A stretch of DNA of 41,833 bases from assembly GCA_043777635.1 (NCBI GenBank), contig JAYWHS010000602.1, positions 1-41,833 of the forward strand. Direction: 5' to 3'. This stretch comes from Kofleriaceae bacterium (lineage in GTDB: Bacteria; Myxococcota_A; Polyangia; Haliangiales; Haliangiaceae). The translations under genes and the position numbers were made by a program. Below are positions 7,148 to 16,200 of this stretch, one piece after another. Position 1 is the stretch's first letter. Every line of letters begins with the position of its first letter. The notes under the pieces are model-generated. The model did not search any database, was not told where the DNA came from, and was given only the letters and a program-made list of their open reading frames with translations.

Positions 7148-8257
7148 ATGAATGCAAGTGGAGGATCTATGTTGCTACGCTTTTGTCCGCGCACTGCTGT
7201 TTTAGCCCTGAGCTCGTCGATGTTAACCGTCGGGTTGCTCGCGAGTTTGGTTACAGGTTTCGCCACCGGTTGTGGCAGCGATTCGCCTGCCAACGGTGAC
7301 GCCCCCAAAGGCGCCGACGCCGGAACCGATGCCCCTCCTGGTGCCACCTTCAAAATTAACTGGGGCCCACTATCAGTACTACCTGGGCAAGAAGACACTC
7401 GCTGCGTCGATGTTAGCGTCAAAAATGCAGCCGCGATTAAAGTTCACTCGATGCACAACAAGTTGAGCAATGGCTCGCATCACTTGATCGTATATCGCGT
7501 GTCGTCGGTTACCTCAGAATCGTTGACCCCAACACCATGTCAACCATTCGCCGGTACGTTAACCGGCGGCGGCACGACCCCGATCATGATCACCCAAAAG
7601 AAAGACGATTCATTGACGCTGCCCGACGGCGTCGCCTACACATTTGCAGCCAATCAGTTCATTCGGTTGGAGATGCACTACATCAACACCACCGATGCAC
7701 CGATCGACATTACGGCAACGTCGGAATTCGTCACGATGCCAGCTGCCGACGTAAAGAACGAAGCTGATTTTCTATTCATGGGTACGCCTGACATCGAACT
7801 CGCGGCCGGCCAAACCCAAACCATTCGTCGGTTTCTCAAAATGCCAACGTTTTTGGCCAACGCCAACATCTTTGCCATCACCGGTCACACCCACAAGATG
7901 GGCACCGACATGCAAGTGGGCTACTCCAACGGATTCATGATGCCCGTGACGTCCGTGTACAAACCAGCCGCATTCAATTGGGACGAGCCAGACACCACGT
8001 TTGCGACCCCACCGTTCAAGATCCCAGCCAACGGTGGATTTGATTTCCAGTGCAGCTATACCAACACGTCGGGCGGCCCAGTGGGCTTTGGAGAATCGGC
8101 CAACGACGAAATGTGCTTCTTTTGGGCCTACTACTACCCATCGGTTGGCTCGCGGGTATGCGCGGTAACGACTCAAGTCGGCGGGCCCGAAGGCTTCAGC
8201 GTTTGCTGCCCAGATCCATCGAACCAAGCTATCTGCGATCGCCTGTTAAATAATTAA
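7148..8257 (+). CDS. Lipoprotein with PHM/DBH-like copper type II ascorbate-dependent monooxygenase fold
   Basis: Lipobox 'GFATGC'. 'GSHHLIVY' (H111, H112), 'RLEMHYIN' (H177), 'ITGHTHKMG' (H247, H249) and 'NDEMCFFWAYYYP' (M322), numbered from the 7148 start. An alternative start ATG at 7169 is preceded by GGAGGA (7160-7165). Confidence 0.7.
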   Translation: MNASGGSMLLRFCPRTAVLALSSSMLTVGLLASLVTGFATGCGSDSPANGDAPKGADAGTDAPPGATFKINWGPLSVLPGQEDTRCVDVSVKNAAAIKVHSMHNKLSNGSHHLIVYRVSSVTSESLTPTPCQPFAGTLTGGGTTPIMITQKKDDSLTLPDGVAYTFAANQFIRLEMHYINTTDAPIDITATSEFVTMPAADVKNEADFLFMGTPDIELAAGQTQTIRRFLKMPTFLANANIFAITGHTHKMGTDMQVGYSNGFMMPVTSVYKPAAFNWDEPDTTFATPPFKIPANGGFDFQCSYTNTSGGPVGFGESANDEMCFFWAYYYPSVGSRVCAVTTQVGGPEGFSVCCPDPSNQAICDRLLNN

Positions 8258-8272
8258 TCAGCAGCGTTGCAG

Positions 8273-8965
8273 TTAGCCGAGCAAATCATCGATGGCGCCG
8301 ATCACTGGCGGCGGAATTTCATGACCGCCGGAAAATGGCACCCAGGTAACATCAGCGCCAGCATCACTGAGCAGGTCTGAAAGTTCCTCGGCAATAAAAA
8401 AAGGCAACAGCTGATCGCGGCGGCCGTGGCTCATAACAATTGGGCAACCCTTGAGTTTGGGCATGCGCTTTTGCCATGCAGTAGAATTCAACAACGTGCC
8501 ACTCATGAGGATCAAGCCATCGGGTCGCTTGTCGCGATACAGCGCAGCGTCGAGCGCCAACATGGCGCCTTGCGAAAATCCACCGAGGATAACTTTGCTG
8601 GGTTTGTATTGCAGGATTAACGCATCGAGCAGCGCGTTGACTTTGCGTCGCGCATCCGACAGCCCTTCGGGTATCTCACCTCGGCGATCGCGTGGCCGGC
8701 CCGACGCAATATCGCGTTCGAGCGCTTCGAGATCAAGCCGCCACCACGCCCGCGAATCGCCGTAGAGGCCGCCGAGTTCGAGCGGCGCTTCAGGCATCGC
8801 GAAACGGGTTGGCCCTGCGCTGCGCACTTCTTGCGCCATCGCCACCAAATCATTGCCAGGTGCACCAAAACCGTGCAGCAGCACCACCAGGGCAGCTGGA
8901 TCTTGAGCGGGATGGGTCAACCAGACGTTCAGTCCAGCGATCGACTCGGTAGATGACATGTTCAC
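8273..8965 (-). CDS. Phospholipase/carboxylesterase family alpha/beta hydrolase
   Basis: 'VVLLHGFGAPGNDL', nucleophile elbow 'GGFSQGA' and C-terminal 'FSGGHEI' (His) fit an Abhydrolase_2-like protein. The track start is a GTG (8965); an ATG lies at 8959. Confidence 0.85.
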   Translation of the reverse strand: MNMSSTESIAGLNVWLTHPAQDPAALVVLLHGFGAPGNDLVAMAQEVRSAGPTRFAMPEAPLELGGLYGDSRAWWRLDLEALERDIASGRPRDRRGEIPEGLSDARRKVNALLDALILQYKPSKVILGGFSQGAMLALDAALYRDKRPDGLILMSGTLLNSTAWQKRMPKLKGCPIVMSHGRRDQLLPFFIAEELSDLLSDAGADVTWVPFSGGHEIPPPVIGAIDDLLG

Positions 8966-9022
8966 ACAGCATCACGGCACGCCATGCTTGGCAAGTCGCA
9001 GTGAACCAGAGATGATAGCAGC

Positions 9023-9805
9023 ATGGCACCAGCGACCGTGACGGCCTTGGGAATTGTGGCGGCGATGGCGGGGTGTGGCGCGGCGCAAACCAATGCCCTG
9101 CCACCTGCATCCAATGACCACGGCATATTTACGTTGCGGGTAAACAATGAGCCGCACGGCAGCGAGAATTTCACCATTGTAAAACGCGGCAGCCAGATCC
9201 ATGTAGGCTACCAAAGCAAACTCGACTTGGGTGGCGCTAACGGCAGTGAACAAAGCCGTGGCGACATGGTGTACGCCAGCAATTGGCAGCCGCTCACGGG
9301 CACCATCACCGCCCGAAACAATCTCGAATCACGAACGGTAAAGCTCGGCGGGCAGCCGTTAGCGCTATCGACTCAAACGATGCCCGGTGGCATGGTCGGC
9401 ACAATTACGTCGAAGCGGCCACCTGACATCTCGCTGGCCGACGACAGCGTGGTGCAATTCACAGCGTTTTGCGCCATCCAACGTACCGGGTTACTGCAAG
9501 TCTTTCCTGCGGTAAAAGCCGTGGTGACCGAACAAGCGCATCAGCATAATCTGCGGCGGTATGCGATTGATCTTGAAGGCAAAGGCGTGGTTCGCGCGTT
9601 ATGCGTTGGCGCGCAATTGGTAGGCATTGAAGAAACCACCCACAATTTTTCGGCAATGCGCGTCGGGGCTGAAGCGCAAGTCGCGGCAATTCTAGCGCTG
9701 CCGCCAACGACGACTGCGGGAACACCGCCGACCACCCCAACACCGCTGCCGCTTGCACCTCCGCCGACTGGTCAAACTCCACCAGCGACGCCATCCACCC
9801 CATGA
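9023..9805 (+). CDS. Lipoprotein of unknown function with a Pro/Thr-rich C-terminal tail
   Basis: Signal peptide with lipobox 'AAMAGCG'. The tail is 'PPTTTAGTPPTTPTPLPLAPPPTGQTPPATPSTP'. The stop overlaps the next start (ATGA at 9802-9805). Confidence 0.6.
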   Translation: MAPATVTALGIVAAMAGCGAAQTNALPPASNDHGIFTLRVNNEPHGSENFTIVKRGSQIHVGYQSKLDLGGANGSEQSRGDMVYASNWQPLTGTITARNNLESRTVKLGGQPLALSTQTMPGGMVGTITSKRPPDISLADDSVVQFTAFCAIQRTGLLQVFPAVKAVVTEQAHQHNLRRYAIDLEGKGVVRALCVGAQLVGIEETTHNFSAMRVGAEAQVAAILALPPTTTAGTPPTTPTPLPLAPPPTGQTPPATPSTP

Positions 9806-11133
9806 AACAAAGGGCGCCAGGACATGGTCCATCGCGCCGCGATTGGCTGCGCTGGCTTGCGATATCGAGCGCAAGCCTTGGCATCGCTGCGAGCTGCGGT
9901 GACAACGCCACGCAAAACCCTGCGCCCCGCGATATCACCGCCGCTGTGATGGAACCTGCGCCCGATGGTTTTGTCGTCGCGGTCTGGAGTGGACAAACCG
10001 TGATGGCCTTCGTAACCGTCGAAGACGAGCTATCCGGCATCGCCATGGCCAGCCAAATTCATCACATCGCGGCTACCAGCAGTGCGCACGCTTGGTTTAC
10101 GGGGTTGACGCCAGCGACGCGTTACCGCGTGCGCGTGGAGTTTGCCAATGGGCGCGAATTGGGGCCGTATCTGGCGCAGACGCGGCCACCACCTGACCGC
10201 AACACGCCGCTGCGCCTGTTGATTGCGGCTGATATTGATCCATCGCCTGACTATGAATCGCCAATTTTCTCGACGATGACTGACTACGCTGCTGACTTGG
10301 CGATTTCGATCGGCGATTTCCCATACGCCGACAACGGCCCTAACGTCGCAAAGACGGTTGCCGACTATCGCGCCGTGCATGCCGATGCGCGATCGACGCC
10401 AAAGATTGCACGTTGGCTTGCGTCATCAACGCTATGTGCGATCTATGACGATCACGAATTTCGCAACGATTGGGCCCCGCGCTTTGTCGCAGCCGAAGCC
10501 GATCGTTATGCCGCTGCGATGCAGGTCTACGATGAATTTTTTCCACAACCCGGCGCGGCCCCGAATATACGTTACCGGGTCTGGCAGTGGGGCACCCAAG
10601 TCGATGGCTTTATGCTCGATTGTCGACGGTTTCGAGCTGAGCCAAGCGACCCGGCAGGGCCGCAGAAATCGATGCTTGGCGCAATTCAAAAGCAATGGTT
10701 CTTGCAGCGCCTAGCCGCGAGTACCGCGCCGTGCAAACTGATTTTCACCTCGGTGCCCCTCGATTTTGGCAACGGCAACGAACATTGGAATGCGTACGCC
10801 CATGAACGGGAAGAAATATTTGCAGCGATCAGTGCCGCTGATATTCGCGGGGTCGTTTTTGTTAGCGCCGATCAACATTGGTTTGAAGCGCGGCGCTACA
10901 GCAACGGTGCTCGGGAGTTTCAAATCGGCGCGGTAGCCCGTGGCATTGGTGAACCACCGCCGATGCGGGCTGGAATTTTGGGCCGGGCGTTGACGTATAA
11001 TTTTGCCACGCTGGAAATCGCCGACGGGAAGATGCTGGTGCAAGATTTTGATGCTGATGGTACGCAGCTGTACGCGGAGAGGCTTGATGCAGGGAGTTTG
11101 CGAATTATGCAGCGGGGATCGCAGCGGATATAG
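9802..11133 (+). CDS. PhoD-like phosphatase/phosphodiesterase, Tat-exported lipoprotein
   Basis: Twin-arginine signal 'SRRDWLRWLAISSASLGIAASC'. Metallophosphatase motifs 'IGDFPYAD', 'YDDHEFRND' and 'VFVSADQHW' are typical of the PhoD family. Confidence 0.85.
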   Translation: MKQRAPGHGPSRRDWLRWLAISSASLGIAASCGDNATQNPAPRDITAAVMEPAPDGFVVAVWSGQTVMAFVTVEDELSGIAMASQIHHIAATSSAHAWFTGLTPATRYRVRVEFANGRELGPYLAQTRPPPDRNTPLRLLIAADIDPSPDYESPIFSTMTDYAADLAISIGDFPYADNGPNVAKTVADYRAVHADARSTPKIARWLASSTLCAIYDDHEFRNDWAPRFVAAEADRYAAAMQVYDEFFPQPGAAPNIRYRVWQWGTQVDGFMLDCRRFRAEPSDPAGPQKSMLGAIQKQWFLQRLAASTAPCKLIFTSVPLDFGNGNEHWNAYAHEREEIFAAISAADIRGVVFVSADQHWFEARRYSNGAREFQIGAVARGIGEPPPMRAGILGRALTYNFATLEIADGKMLVQDFDADGTQLYAERLDAGSLRIMQRGSQRI

Positions 11134-11162
11134 GCAAGACCGCGCAGCGCGGCGCAGGAGTG

Positions 11163-11206
11163 GGTGAATGGGGGGTGAACGGTCGGTGAACGGTCGGTGA
11201 ACGGTC
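11163..11206. repeat. 11-bp tandem repeat GGTGAACGGTC x3 preceded by one degenerate copy
   Basis: Perfect units at 11174-11184, 11185-11195 and 11196-11206. The degenerate copy ggtgaatgggg is at 11163-11173. The array lies 30 nt downstream of the PhoD-like stop. Confidence 0.85.
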
Positions 11207-11375
11207 GGCTCACAGCAGCTCCGGCGGGAGCGAGTTGGAGCTTGAACGGGTGCACTGCGGCTGGCCGCGCGGCCGCGTAGGTTTGTGCTCGCGCGTCGCC
11301 TGATGCGCCGCCGTCGCGTCGCGGGTATTTGATACCGGAGCCTGGCAGATGGGGTATCGATGGCTAGATGACTAC

Positions 11376-11403
11376 ATGTCCGGTTTCGGACGTATTATTT
11401 TTC
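11376..11403 (+). terminator. Possible intrinsic terminator (short hairpin plus T-rich tail)
   Basis: GTCCG-GTTT-CGGAC (11378-11391), extendable by A:U and G:U pairs, followed by gtATTATTTTTcaATTTTa. The stem is short and lies about 245 nt after the PhoD-like stop, so support is weak. Confidence 0.35.
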
Positions 11404-11460
11404 AATTTTATAGATATTTTTCAGATTTATGTTGACGTAATTTTTATACGAGAAATTGCA
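11392..11460. other. Sharp AT-rich tract in an otherwise GC-rich window
   Basis: 'gtattatttttcaattttatagatatttttcagatttatgttgacgtaatttttatacgagaaattgca' is very AT-rich by eye. It lies upstream of the decayed HNH gene. It contains TTGACG (11432-11437), but I could not pair it with a convincing -10 element. Confidence 0.5.
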
Positions 11461-11615
11461 GTGCCTACGTGTAGCGGGTGAAACGCTCGTGTAAGGCGAC
11501 GAAGTGGGCGATGCGGAACGATGGGCTGGATCGGCGGATTTTTCTCGTTGCAATGTTGGTTCGCGGCGCAGTGAGCCAGCGGTAGCGTCGAAAAAACCGA
11601 TGATAGAGTGATTCT

Positions 11616-12543
11616 ATGGAACAAGGTACAGAGGTGAAGGTAGCCCTCGACGTTGATGTGCTTGGGGACCAAATCGCTGAAATGTCAGCGCATATCGACG
11701 CTGCGATGCATCGGTTGTTAACGGCGATTCGGGAATTCGACATTGCCTCGGGCTGGCATGTGCAAGGCGCGCTGTCGTGTGCACATTGGTTAGCGTGGCG
11801 AGTTGGCTGGGATCTTCGGACGGCCCGGGAACGAGTGCGGGTTGCACGCAAGTTGGCAGAACTGCCGCTGGTCGACGAGGAATTGCGCCGTGGAGCAATG
11901 TCATATTCGCAGGCCCGAGCTATTTCGCGAGTGGCGAAGGCTGAAAACGAAAAGCTCTGGGTTGGGTACGCCAAGCACATGCCGGCGTCGCAGCTGGATC
12001 ACAGGTCGGAGGCTGGAGCAATGGCCGGAGCGATAGCGGCGGCACAAGTCGCCGCGCAGCGCACGGTGACTCGGCGAAGTCTCGATAACGGCATGGTGAA
12101 GTTTGAGGTTGTACTTGCAAGTGATGAAGCGGCGATCGTTTGGGCGGCACTCAATGCTGCGATTGCGCGATCGTACGTGTCGTTTTCCAGGTTGCTCACA
12201 CAGCCGTTACGTCGACGGTCATCACATCGAACACTGGGCCAACGGCGGCAAAACGGCGTTGTCTAACCTTATTTTGTTATGTAGCGCCCACCATACGCTG
12301 CTGCACGAAGGCGGCTGCCGCGTCGAATCCAACGGCACCAATGGCTGGGATTTTTTCGATCATCGCTCCAGGCTCATCGACGCACAGCCAGCCCGCACAA
12401 CGCCGAACAACATTGGTGCACGACATGGCCTCGCTTCGTTACACGATGCTCATGCGGCGCTCGCCATCACGGCCAATACCAACGCATCGAATTGGACTGG
12501 CGAACCGATCAACTATTCGACGTGCATCGACTACTTGGTGTGA
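11616..12543 (+). pseudogene. DUF222/HNH endonuclease gene, frameshifted and apparently internally shortened
   Basis: Frame 1 (11616-12266) encodes a DUF222-type N-terminus ('...AHWLAWRVGWDLRTARERVRVARKLAELPLVDEELRRGAMSYSQARAISR'). The HNH core 'RDRTCRFPGCSHSRYVDGHHIEHWANGGKTALSNLILLCSAHHTLLHEGG' is in a different frame (ORF 12103-12543). The switch must occur near 12140-12180. Confidence 0.7.
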
Positions 12544-12734
12544 GGAGCGCGGTCTGACATACGCCAGCATCAAGTATGCATGCCCTAGAGTACCCAGCAC
12601 AGCGTGACGGCGCGTGCCGGTCGCGTTAACCGACGCAAAGCGCACCGAACGCGCCAACATATCGACGAATCTACGCGCAGGAGGCGAACGGAACGAGTGG
12701 AATAACAAGTATCGGACCTAAACGCCTCGTTGTA

Positions 12735-13136
12735 CTACGGCGTGGACTCCGGTCTCACTCCAACGACCGACGCTTGATCTTTTATCGAAAGCCGCCCCTG
12801 CGTTTTGGTATTTTCAAAAACAACTCGCGCGTTGCCGGTTAAGCTAACGAGCATATCGGTGGCAACCATGCTGCCGCCGCGGACGATGACAACCGCATGT
12901 TCACTGGCGCGAATGCCGATCGACGCCTTCACGTTGCAATCGGTTAGAATAACCTGACAGTTGCCTCCAACATCCAGTGCTGGCCCATCGTCAACGGTAA
13001 ACGTGTACTTATGGTAGCGCTCAGTAACGCCACCGTTGCCCAAGCATTGCGCGGTAGCGTTTACACGATTTTCGCAAGCCAGACCAAAAGTAACGAGCAA
13101 CATACCGGTTAGGCTTTGCCCGAGAAGTACATACAT
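12735..13136 (-). CDS. Small putative lipoprotein, unknown function
   Basis: The internal ATG at 13136 gives 'MYVLLGQSLTGMLLVTFGLAC...' (signal peptide plus lipobox) followed by a beta-rich ~110-aa body. The longer track ORF (to 13319) would overlap the kinase gene start. Local GC looks lower than in neighbouring genes. Confidence 0.45.
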   Translation of the reverse strand: MYVLLGQSLTGMLLVTFGLACENRVNATAQCLGNGGVTERYHKYTFTVDDGPALDVGGNCQVILTDCNVKASIGIRASEHAVVIVRGGSMVATDMLVSLTGNARVVFENTKTQGRLSIKDQASVVGVRPESTP

Positions 13137-13282
13137 TTGACCGTCACTATACAGGCCTACGCACAGGTAGGCGCTGGTATGTACCGATTCGCACGTCTGC
13201 CAATGACAGCCGCATCCGTTGCCGGCCCGCCGTCGCCGCCTTAGCCTCGATTTCTGATACACTGCTGCGGCACGCCCCACGC

Positions 13283-16200
13283 ATGAGTTCCGCTCGATCA
13301 TACCTTCGCGAATTGGCAACCCTCGCGCAATCCGATGACGCTGACGTGCGACGCCACGTTTTTCGCCAAGGCTTGGCCATGCTCGCGGCGATCAGCGAAC
13401 GCGAACCGGCACCGCTCGAAGGTATTTCGGCCGACGATTTACGGATGTCGGTGCGCCGCGCGATCGATGACGGCCTGTTCGATGAACTCACCTGGCTGTC
13501 GCCCAGCGCCGCCGCCGCCGCCATTTATGAACTAGCGCAGGCGTTACCACCCGGTGCCGAGCGCCGCGAACTTGGCCGCCGTGTCCTAACCCGTTTGCGT
13601 TTTGCCGATCACGCAACCTTTGTGCGCTTAGCGATTTCGTTGGCACGTACCGCACCTAAAACACTGAACAGCGACGCTAACTATTTTCGCGCAATTCATG
13701 TTGTTTCGAGTCCAAGTAATCAAAGCATTGGGGTCGCTGAATTAGCCCTCGGCATTCTTGCGCAACCACTACTTACGCGGTTGTGGGTCCAAGAGCCCGC
13801 CATTGGCAGCTTGATCGGCCGCCATGGCAGTGCGCGCATAGTCGCCCACGCCGCGCGTGAAGCGGTAGCGCGTCATCGCGCTGGTGATCTGGGTGGCGTC
13901 GCGCTGTTATCCCGACCCGCAGTCCGAGCCACGATTGCGCAACTGCTGGCCGACCGCGAAGCGCTGGTCTGGCGATGGGCCGCCGTGGCTCGCGGGCTGT
14001 TGGCCCACGTAGATTCAGAATTTGCCGACGATATTGCCCGCGAACTCACCAGCAATAACAACAGTGAACTGCGCCGTGGCACGCTGTCGGCGGTAGCGGC
14101 ATTTGAACTCGGTGGGGCAGCGATGCGCTGGTGGGATTTGGTGGTCACCCAAGCCAAAACCCAACCGGGTATTGCCCGCAGTGCAGTGATGGGAATTGTC
14201 GGATTTGCGACGGTGGCGCCAGCCCAAGCCGATGATTTGATCATGACGTTGCTGAGCCACAGCGACTCGCCGCCGCACGAACTCGACCTATGCGATGCCT
14301 TGGCCGAGCTATGTCGAGATGAATCAATTTCGCTTTTGCCTCGCAGTACCACTGACGCAGCGAAGCGGATGCGCGCCCGGTTGCAACAGGCGATCGCCAG
14401 CGGCAACCCGGCGAGCCGTGGCTTATGCGCTTCACTGCTCATCGATCTCACCAGCGCTGAGCCGGCGGCGCAACACGGTGTCTTGCCAAGCATTGCAACC
14501 GCGCGGCAAGATCTAGCGCGCGGTGATATGGCGGCGGCGCATCGCGCTGCACAAAGCACCATTGAAGAACTTGCCATCGCGATCGAAACCCTCGCGCGCC
14601 CTGCCCTCGACGATTTGAGCGTCGAACACGAAGTCCGGCTGCTGCGCGAACTCGATCGTGAAGTGTTATCGAACGTTACGCTACCAGCCGTGCTCGCGGC
14701 AAGCCACGACGACGTTGCGACCAGTGCAATTTTACGCGGATCATTGCATCAACTCGAAGCGGTGCTGGTGATGCGCGAACTCGAAGGTATTGAACGGCCC
14801 TTTGAATTACGCTTGAGCCAGCTCCGCGCACTGATTCGTTTGCTCGATAGCGCGCCCAACGACGACGATCCATCGAATCGTATCTTGGCAATGCAACAAC
14901 TGTTGCTTCGGGCCCGCGACGAGCACTCATCGCTGCGTCGCGCTGTGTATGTGGCCATGACGCGGGCTGCCGACGCCTTGATTCGCAGTGGTGATATCGA
15001 ATTAGGCGATGTGTTGTTAGTGTGGCCGCAAGAGTTCCCGCCCCACGAGGATTTCGCGATTGTGCGCGAAGCCTCGATGCTTCCGGAACTTGAATCGACG
15101 TTCTCGGCGTATGTGCAGTTGCAACATGTAGCTTGGGCCAAAGCCAACGACCGCCCTGCGTTATTACAAATATGCTCAGCGTTGGCCGCGCTGGCCCAAG
15201 CAATGCCCACCGCAACATCGCCGCGCCTCGACGGTGTACGCTCGGTGATTTCACAATTGGCCGGCAAACTACGGCTGCTATGCAATGCCCGTTGCCGAGC
15301 CGATATCGCCGATGCCACCATAGATGCCTTGTGTGAAATTGCAGCAACGCTGGCGATGCGCATCGGCGGCGCACGGCAACGGCTTGGCCTCGACGCGTTG
15401 GAGCTACCCAACGGTAACCTTGAGCAAGCCTTGCGTGCCATTGGGCACACCTTGACCTTCATCCGTTCAGCTAACACCGACGATGCCACCAACGGCATCA
15501 ACTTGAGCCTCGAACTAGAAGAACAAATCGGCATTACGATTGAGCGCGCCAGCCAAGCGCTGCCACCTGCAATCGGCAAAGCGCTAGAACGCGCGTTATT
15601 ATTTGTTGCGCAATTGCCGCCGGTTGTTGCGCCTTCAACGCAAGACGTTGAACACAATGATACCGATGCCGATTTTGATGGCCATTTCCCACAGTGGATG
15701 CCGTTGTCGCGGCGCCTGGGTGGGTACAGCGTCTTGCGACCGATCGGCAGTGGCGCAGCCGGCTCGGTACTGCTGGCGGTGCGCTCCGATCAAAGCAAGC
15801 GCGCTGATCAGCAACCGGTTGCGGTAAAAGTTCCCGACTACGACGGCGGCGCGGCTCGCAGCATGTCCGAAGCCGAGTTCGAAGCGGTGTTCCGCGAAGA
15901 AGCCAGCGCATTGTTGTCATTGCCCGCGCATCGCCACCTGGCTGGCTTCATCACGTTTGATGCTAGCGCCAAGCCCAAGCCGATCTTGGTGATGGAATAC
16001 GTGCGCGGCCCAAATCTTGAGCATGTCATTGATTCGCGCCGCCTTGGCATGGCCCGGGTTTGCACAATCCTCGACGGTATTTTGCAAGGCCTCGAAATCA
16101 TGCATGCGCACGGCCTGGCTCACTTGGACGTCAAGCCACCCAATGTGGTGTTGCGCGAAGGTCGCGACGAAGCGGTGTTGGTCGACTTTGGCTTGGCTGG

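Noticed and set aside
14749-15657. 302-aa minus-strand ORF inside the kinase gene, plus others at 13873-14577 and 14676-15374.
   Set aside because: They have Ser/Arg/Ala-rich antisense composition and no motifs. The + strand carries an uninterrupted 1100-aa ORF with a bona fide kinase domain.
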